Translations under genes and position numbers: made by a program
Shown here: one piece after another, positions 59,993 through 64,000 of the stretch
Layout of the letters: the number at the start of each line of letters is the position of its first letter
Numbering within the stretch: position 1 is the first letter of the stretch
The notes under the pieces: model-generated
Databases searched by the model: none
What the model was told of the DNA's origin: nothing
The model's input: only the letters and a program-made list of their open reading frames with translations
DNA from: a virus
Lineage: Duplodnaviria > Caudoviricetes
Virus record (IMG/VR): IMGVR_UViG_3300007280_000474
DNA length: 64,000 nucleotides
Direction: 5' to 3' (one strand)

Positions 59993-60552
59993 TATATTCC
60001 TGCTCCTGGATCAACTGGTGGTGCTGCTATTGGATCTACTGCTGGCTCTTCTGCTTGTAACTGTGCATCTGTACCAGCATCCTCAACATCAACGTATGAA
60101 TCCTCATCCATTTCAACTACATCTGCATTAAATTCATCCACATACTTACGTGGCATTTTGAGTTCTACTACCCATACAGGGTGTGAATCTGTTTTAGTTC
60201 TAAAACGTGTGCCGCCGTCTGCTCTAGTCTCTACTGCTAGATCATCAAAGTTGCGTACTTTACGTGGCTTGATCAATGTATCTTCGTTGTACTTTACTAA
60301 TACATCACGTTTGAGTAAACGTTGTGCTCCACTTGGATCTGGCATTTGTGCTTTAGGGTACATCAATTTAACAGTCATGTAATGACGATCTAGTGTAGGA
60401 CCTTCTAAAACTTCACCTTCGTCCCAATTCTTAAACGCATACAAATCCATGCCGTCTAGTGTTTTTTCAAACTCTAGAAGCATGTCCAATAATGTATTAG
60501 TTTCAGATATCTTTTTGATCTGATCGTTAAGTAATTTAACTGCTATTGTCAT
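59992..60552 (-). CDS. Hypothetical phage protein
   Basis: LLEFEKTLD..YAFKNW..MPDP; late promoter at 60575-60582. Confidence 0.7.
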   Translation of the reverse strand: MTIAVKLLNDQIKKISETNTLLDMLLEFEKTLDGMDLYAFKNWDEGEVLEGPTLDRHYMTVKLMYPKAQMPDPSGAQRLLKRDVLVKYNEDTLIKPRKVRNFDDLAVETRADGGTRFRTKTDSHPVWVVELKMPRKYVDEFNADVVEMDEDSYVDVEDAGTDAQLQAEEPAVDPIAAPPVDPGAGI

Positions 60553-60573
60553 AGTCGTAACCTCTCGTTACAA

Positions 60574-60891
60574 CTATTTATCAACTAAGCCTATCTGATT
60601 GCTGTAAGAATTGTCCACTTCCCACTCAACCCATCCAAATACCTGTTCACTTGGCACTTCTAGTATCCATTCATACTTGCCTGCACCTGTGTCTAGTAGA
60701 TATTCGTAAAACTCCCCCTTGATTCTGTCCTCAAGGTCCTCAATGAGGGTCCGAGGACCCTCATAAAGGCGTTCAAAGTTTACTTCATGTCCACAGTGTC
60801 CTTCGTATTTGCGTCTACGACCTTCAGGATTACTGGTAATGCCGAAGCATGTACGACCTAAGTGGTTAGTCCATAAGTAAAAATATCTCAT
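60574..60891 (-). CDS. Small GIY-YIG-like nuclease
   Basis: YFYLW...FGIT.N...RRRKY...LE...EW; start re-assigned. Confidence 0.6.
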   Translation of the reverse strand: MRYFYLWTNHLGRTCFGITSNPEGRRRKYEGHCGHEVNFERLYEGPRTLIEDLEDRIKGEFYEYLLDTGAGKYEWILEVPSEQVFGWVEWEVDNSYSNQIGLVDK

Positions 60892-60892
60892 C

Positions 60893-62062
60893 TTAGATAC
60901 CTTTGTAAAGGTTAAGATTCTTGTCATCCAGCATAGGATAACTCTCACCTTTCTCTGTGCACCACTTATCAAAATCAATAATTAGTACACTGAGTAGTGA
61001 AGCATCTTGCCATGACTGCTTGAGATCATACTTCTTTTGGAATTGTGTAAGTCTTCGCTTACATTCTTTGTGAAACTTACTTGGGCTACCGTAAGTAGTT
61101 CCTAAGAACTCCAGCATTTCTGCTCTATGACTAGCACTAATCGTAACGCCTGACTTACGAGCAAGTTTAGCATAGCGACCAAATGCTAGAAGGAAACCAC
61201 CATCAACACCTTTTTGTCTGCTAAACTTTTCAGCATGACATCCAAGTGCCCAGTTTAAATCTTCAATAGCAAGATCAAATTGATCAGTATCGAATTCACT
61301 AATCGAGTTAAGCCCGATGATGTATGTTATCATGTTTGGCTGTGCACCTTGTCCACGTGCCTCAATAGCAGGACGACAATACATTCCGTTATCCTCTACT
61401 GTAGTCATAATCTTTTCAGCATGGATATCTTCTTGCAGTTCGCTTTCATATAAACGCACACCGTTTGCACGACTACGCAACATGAAATATGGATCTGGTG
61501 TCTTACGACCTTTGTAATTGATAATCCTAAACAACAAGTTACCAAAGCCTTCGCCCTTAACAGGTGAGCCTGGCACCATTAAGTCTGCCGGAATAACTTT
61601 ACACATAATCAATGTGTCTGCAGGAATCAATCCTTCTTGCATCAATATGTAAAGTGCTACCACAGTGTGTTGTCCTTCTGGTACACTGTAACGACCGTCA
61701 GCCAGTTTAACAGTGTTTACTACCTGCACAATCCTAGGATCAAAGTTCTCTAAGATAAATGCCACGTGGTCCCAATCTACATCACGTTGATTATCAATGT
61801 TGATAACAATATCGCGAACACGAATCATTTCAACATAACCAAAATGGTCTTTGGTAAATGTCTTGTTCTTGGTTCGCTTTTTAAGTCCTGCAAGTGCTTT
61901 CTTAATTAACTTGCGTTCCTTACGGGTTGGGTTGAATGCAACTTCAGTCCTCTGTTCGAGGTTTTCGTATACATCTTTTGCGTTAGTTGTTAACGCGGAC
62001 TTTGCAATCTTAACTGCAAAGGGATTAGTCGAGGCTCTAGCCTCTAGTTTTTCAATACTCAT
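60893..62062 (-). CDS. ParB/DndB (DGQHR-like) N-terminal domain protein
   Basis: NQRDVD...I.ENFDP...EGQHT. Confidence 0.65.
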   Translation of the reverse strand: MSIEKLEARASTNPFAVKIAKSALTTNAKDVYENLEQRTEVAFNPTRKERKLIKKALAGLKKRTKNKTFTKDHFGYVEMIRVRDIVINIDNQRDVDWDHVAFILENFDPRIVQVVNTVKLADGRYSVPEGQHTVVALYILMQEGLIPADTLIMCKVIPADLMVPGSPVKGEGFGNLLFRIINYKGRKTPDPYFMLRSRANGVRLYESELQEDIHAEKIMTTVEDNGMYCRPAIEARGQGAQPNMITYIIGLNSISEFDTDQFDLAIEDLNWALGCHAEKFSRQKGVDGGFLLAFGRYAKLARKSGVTISASHRAEMLEFLGTTYGSPSKFHKECKRRLTQFQKKYDLKQSWQDASLLSVLIIDFDKWCTEKGESYPMLDDKNLNLYKGI

Positions 62063-62131
62063 AATGAGCTCCTGTTTCTATTTAAAGTTATGTAGACCAT
62101 TTCACATGCAATTAAGCAAAACTACCCGCAT

Positions 62132-62160
62132 ATTATAAACATCATTAATCCTTTTGTCAA
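62132..62160 (-). promoter_or_regulatory. sigma70-type promoter for the ParB-like/GIY-YIG pair
   Basis: TTGACA-17-TATAAT, perfect consensus. Confidence 0.85.
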
Positions 62161-62185
62161 CCTTTTCCTAGAAATAAATACTAGC

Positions 62186-62737
62186 ATGTTGTTAGTGCTT
62201 GCAGGTTATCGTACCGGCTCAACTACACTGTGTTGGGGATTTGCTGAACACGAAGTGGAGACCGGAAGGGATTTTGATATATTCTTTGATGGATACAAAG
62301 AAGACCCAACACCCTATGACGGTAAGGTTGTTAAAGTATTTCCTATGCAACTCAACGACAGAGAATGGGAACACTTCAAAACATACTGGATACCTGCCGC
62401 TTCGGACATTGTGTACAGTTGCAGACGTGACTGGCATGCACAGGTTGTTAGTTATTATGTAGCACACACAACCAAGCAATGGCATCCTGTTGAAGTCAAT
62501 CCATATAATGCTTTCAACGAACATCAGACTAGTGTCAGTATAGCAAAACGTGATTTGAATATATGGGGCAAGAAACTGCGTGAAAACTATTATCGTATGG
62601 GGGAAGTGTACAAGAAGCACGAAGGCTTTATAACTTGGTTAGAAGACAGGCCCCAACAACCATATGAGAATCCAAATATCCAAGTGAATATTGTTGCGGA
62701 AACCAATGACTGGGAGCCTGCTGAAGTCTTCTCTTAA
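62186..62737 (+). CDS. Sulfotransferase-like (P-loop) protein
   Basis: GYRTGSTTL 5'-PSB-like motif, RRD...VVS; ATAAATA 5 nt before the ATG. Confidence 0.6.
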   Translation: MLLVLAGYRTGSTTLCWGFAEHEVETGRDFDIFFDGYKEDPTPYDGKVVKVFPMQLNDREWEHFKTYWIPAASDIVYSCRRDWHAQVVSYYVAHTTKQWHPVEVNPYNAFNEHQTSVSIAKRDLNIWGKKLRENYYRMGEVYKKHEGFITWLEDRPQQPYENPNIQVNIVAETNDWEPAEVFS

Positions 62738-62861
62738 TAGTAAAGGTGAGACAAGTCCCATGCAGTTGGGTCTTGTACAGCAAATGCTAGTGCAAATACA
62801 CTGTAGAATACAATAACAAGAACACTAAGACCCTTCCAATTCTCTTTTAGATCCTGCATAA

Positions 62862-63188
62862 TTAATCCAACCTTGAGTTTGCGTACAGCCTAACTTCAGG
62901 CAAGTACTTCTTAACAGTCTTCACGTATGCTTCAGCACCTGCTTCTTTCTCTACAATACACTGACCGCCAGTGCTTGCAGGATCCCACAGTTTCCAACCA
63001 CCGTCATAGCTCTTAGTGAAGCCACCGTTCTTAGCAAAACTCTTACCAAGTTTGGTGTTACCTTTCTCGTAAGAACTAACCCATGCAAAACCGCAGCCAA
63101 AGAATCCGTTAGGATGTTTTTGTCGATGTGCTGCTACAGCGTCTTTTGCAGCCTGAACTGCTTCGTTATGAATTTCAATTGTTAACAT
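62862..63188 (-). CDS. Hypothetical early protein
   Basis: GCGFAWV...KEAGAEAY...SRLD. Confidence 0.7.
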   Translation of the reverse strand: MLTIEIHNEAVQAAKDAVAAHRQKHPNGFFGCGFAWVSSYEKGNTKLGKSFAKNGGFTKSYDGGWKLWDPASTGGQCIVEKEAGAEAYVKTVKKYLPEVRLYANSRLD

Positions 63189-63190
63189 GA

Positions 63191-63601
63191 TTAAGCCTCC
63201 AACTTAGCAAGACGGTCTGCTCTGTAATCCAAAGCACCTTCGCCTAAATAAATGTTACCATCGTCTGCTCTAAACAAAGTAGCCAACGATGCCTCATCGT
63301 CCTTCTGCTTCTGCAGTAAGGAAAACTCAGCCTGTTCAAAGGTAATGCGTCCAATCTGTACAAAGTCCAACAGCATGTCTGCAAAAGGAACCTCACCGTT
63401 TGACTTCCAAACTGTAAGTCCATCTACCTGAGCAGTATCTTCAAACTTCTCTTCGATACTCTTCTGGAAGTCATTGAGCTTCTGAGTAGTGAAAAGAACA
63501 TCGCCTGTAAAGGTCCTGTTCGCATCGTACGCATTAGCCAAACCAAAACGTTGCTTACGCACTGTCTCGCCTGCTATCTCAATCGTGTCTTCTAAGTACA
63601 T
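63191..63601 (-). CDS. Hypothetical early protein
   Basis: Start MYLEDT with SD AGGAG. Confidence 0.65.
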   Translation of the reverse strand: MYLEDTIEIAGETVRKQRFGLANAYDANRTFTGDVLFTTQKLNDFQKSIEEKFEDTAQVDGLTVWKSNGEVPFADMLLDFVQIGRITFEQAEFSLLQKQKDDEASLATLFRADDGNIYLGEGALDYRADRLAKLEA

Positions 63602-63634
63602 AAAAACTCCTACCTTTTTGTGTTTATACTGTAT

Positions 63635-63694
63635 ATTATACAGGCTAATACCGGCAATGTCAAGCAAAAAAACCTATGTAAAACAGTAACTTAC
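63635..63694 (-). promoter_or_regulatory. Early promoter with upstream GTAAGTTACTG element
   Basis: TTGACA-17-TATAAT; element 20 nt upstream of the -35. Confidence 0.85.
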
Positions 63695-63878
63695 AGCGGT
63701 TATAGTGGTATTTTACCAAAAACTACGTTGTTTTGGTGCGGAATCACCGTGTTAAATAATATTGTATGATGAATTTTGAACAATCAATTCAGTACAAACA
63801 TTACACATGCTATCCGGACCGCAGGCGCATTTTTGCACTTGGCGGTTTTTTTATGACTGTAGCGAAGGAGACGAAACT

Positions 63879-64000
63879 ATGTCAAGAAGAGCTCGTAAAG
63901 AGAAATGCAACAAGTATAGAAAACAACAACATGGAGGAGATTATAGTTTGAGAGTAATAGACGGAGGTCGCAATGCCGTCAGTAGACAGCGACACAAGGA
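63879..64000 (+). CDS. Partial CDS (runs off the window end)
   Basis: SD AAGGAG then MSRRARKEKCNKYRKQ..., open to the end. Confidence 0.55.
   Translation, partial: MSRRARKEKCNKYRKQQHGGDYSLRVIDGGRNAVSRQRHK

Noticed and set aside
63766-63951. 61-aa + strand ORF in the track
   Set aside because: Spans a terminator-like hairpin and overlaps a better SD-supported ORF starting at 63879
1-64000. Alternative genetic code, tRNAs, introns or inteins
   Set aside because: Genes are intact in code 11 with TAA, TAG and TGA all used as stops; PolB is uninterrupted; no cloverleaf recognised by eye (tRNAscan would be decisive)

Overview
This 64 kb window is a gene-dense, AT-rich segment of a large lytic tailed dsDNA phage genome with T4-like organisation, probably a jumbo phage. 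Its host is likely a Gram-negative (possibly marine) proteobacterium, inferred from the spanins, sigma70 promoters, PsiE and cytochrome c. Contents: (i) a late glycan/surface-modification island with a DegT aminotransferase, carbamoyltransferase, methyltransferase, kinase and a 1495-aa protein built of about 14 tandem glycosyltransferase-like modules; (ii) a MoxR AAA + VWA/metallopeptidase pair; (iii) host-like auxiliary genes (FabZ, ACP, ribosomal protein bL33, cytochrome c, glutaredoxin, FNR, PsiE, GuaC, ClpA, DnaJ); (iv) replication genes (RNase H, sliding clamp, PolB, DsbA-like); (v) tail-fibre, collagen-like and spanin genes. Most interesting: a dispersed 7-deazaguanine DNA-modification pathway (FolE, non-canonical QueE, HRH-type QueD/DpdL-like T-fold protein, DpdA/TGT; no QueC in the window) interleaved with a GT-B glycosyltransferase, GalE and a purine PRTase, suggesting an undescribed, possibly glycosylated guanine modification. 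Second: a 3'-UTR stem-loop of the AAA gene whose loop is complementary to that gene's own ribosome-binding leader, a candidate anti-SD sRNA. Also seen: a fixed-spacing upstream element on four early promoters, a T4-gp43-like operator hairpin before polB, and many ATAAATA late promoters. No tRNA, rRNA or CRISPR array was recognised. All family calls come from motif recognition by eye; no searches were run.
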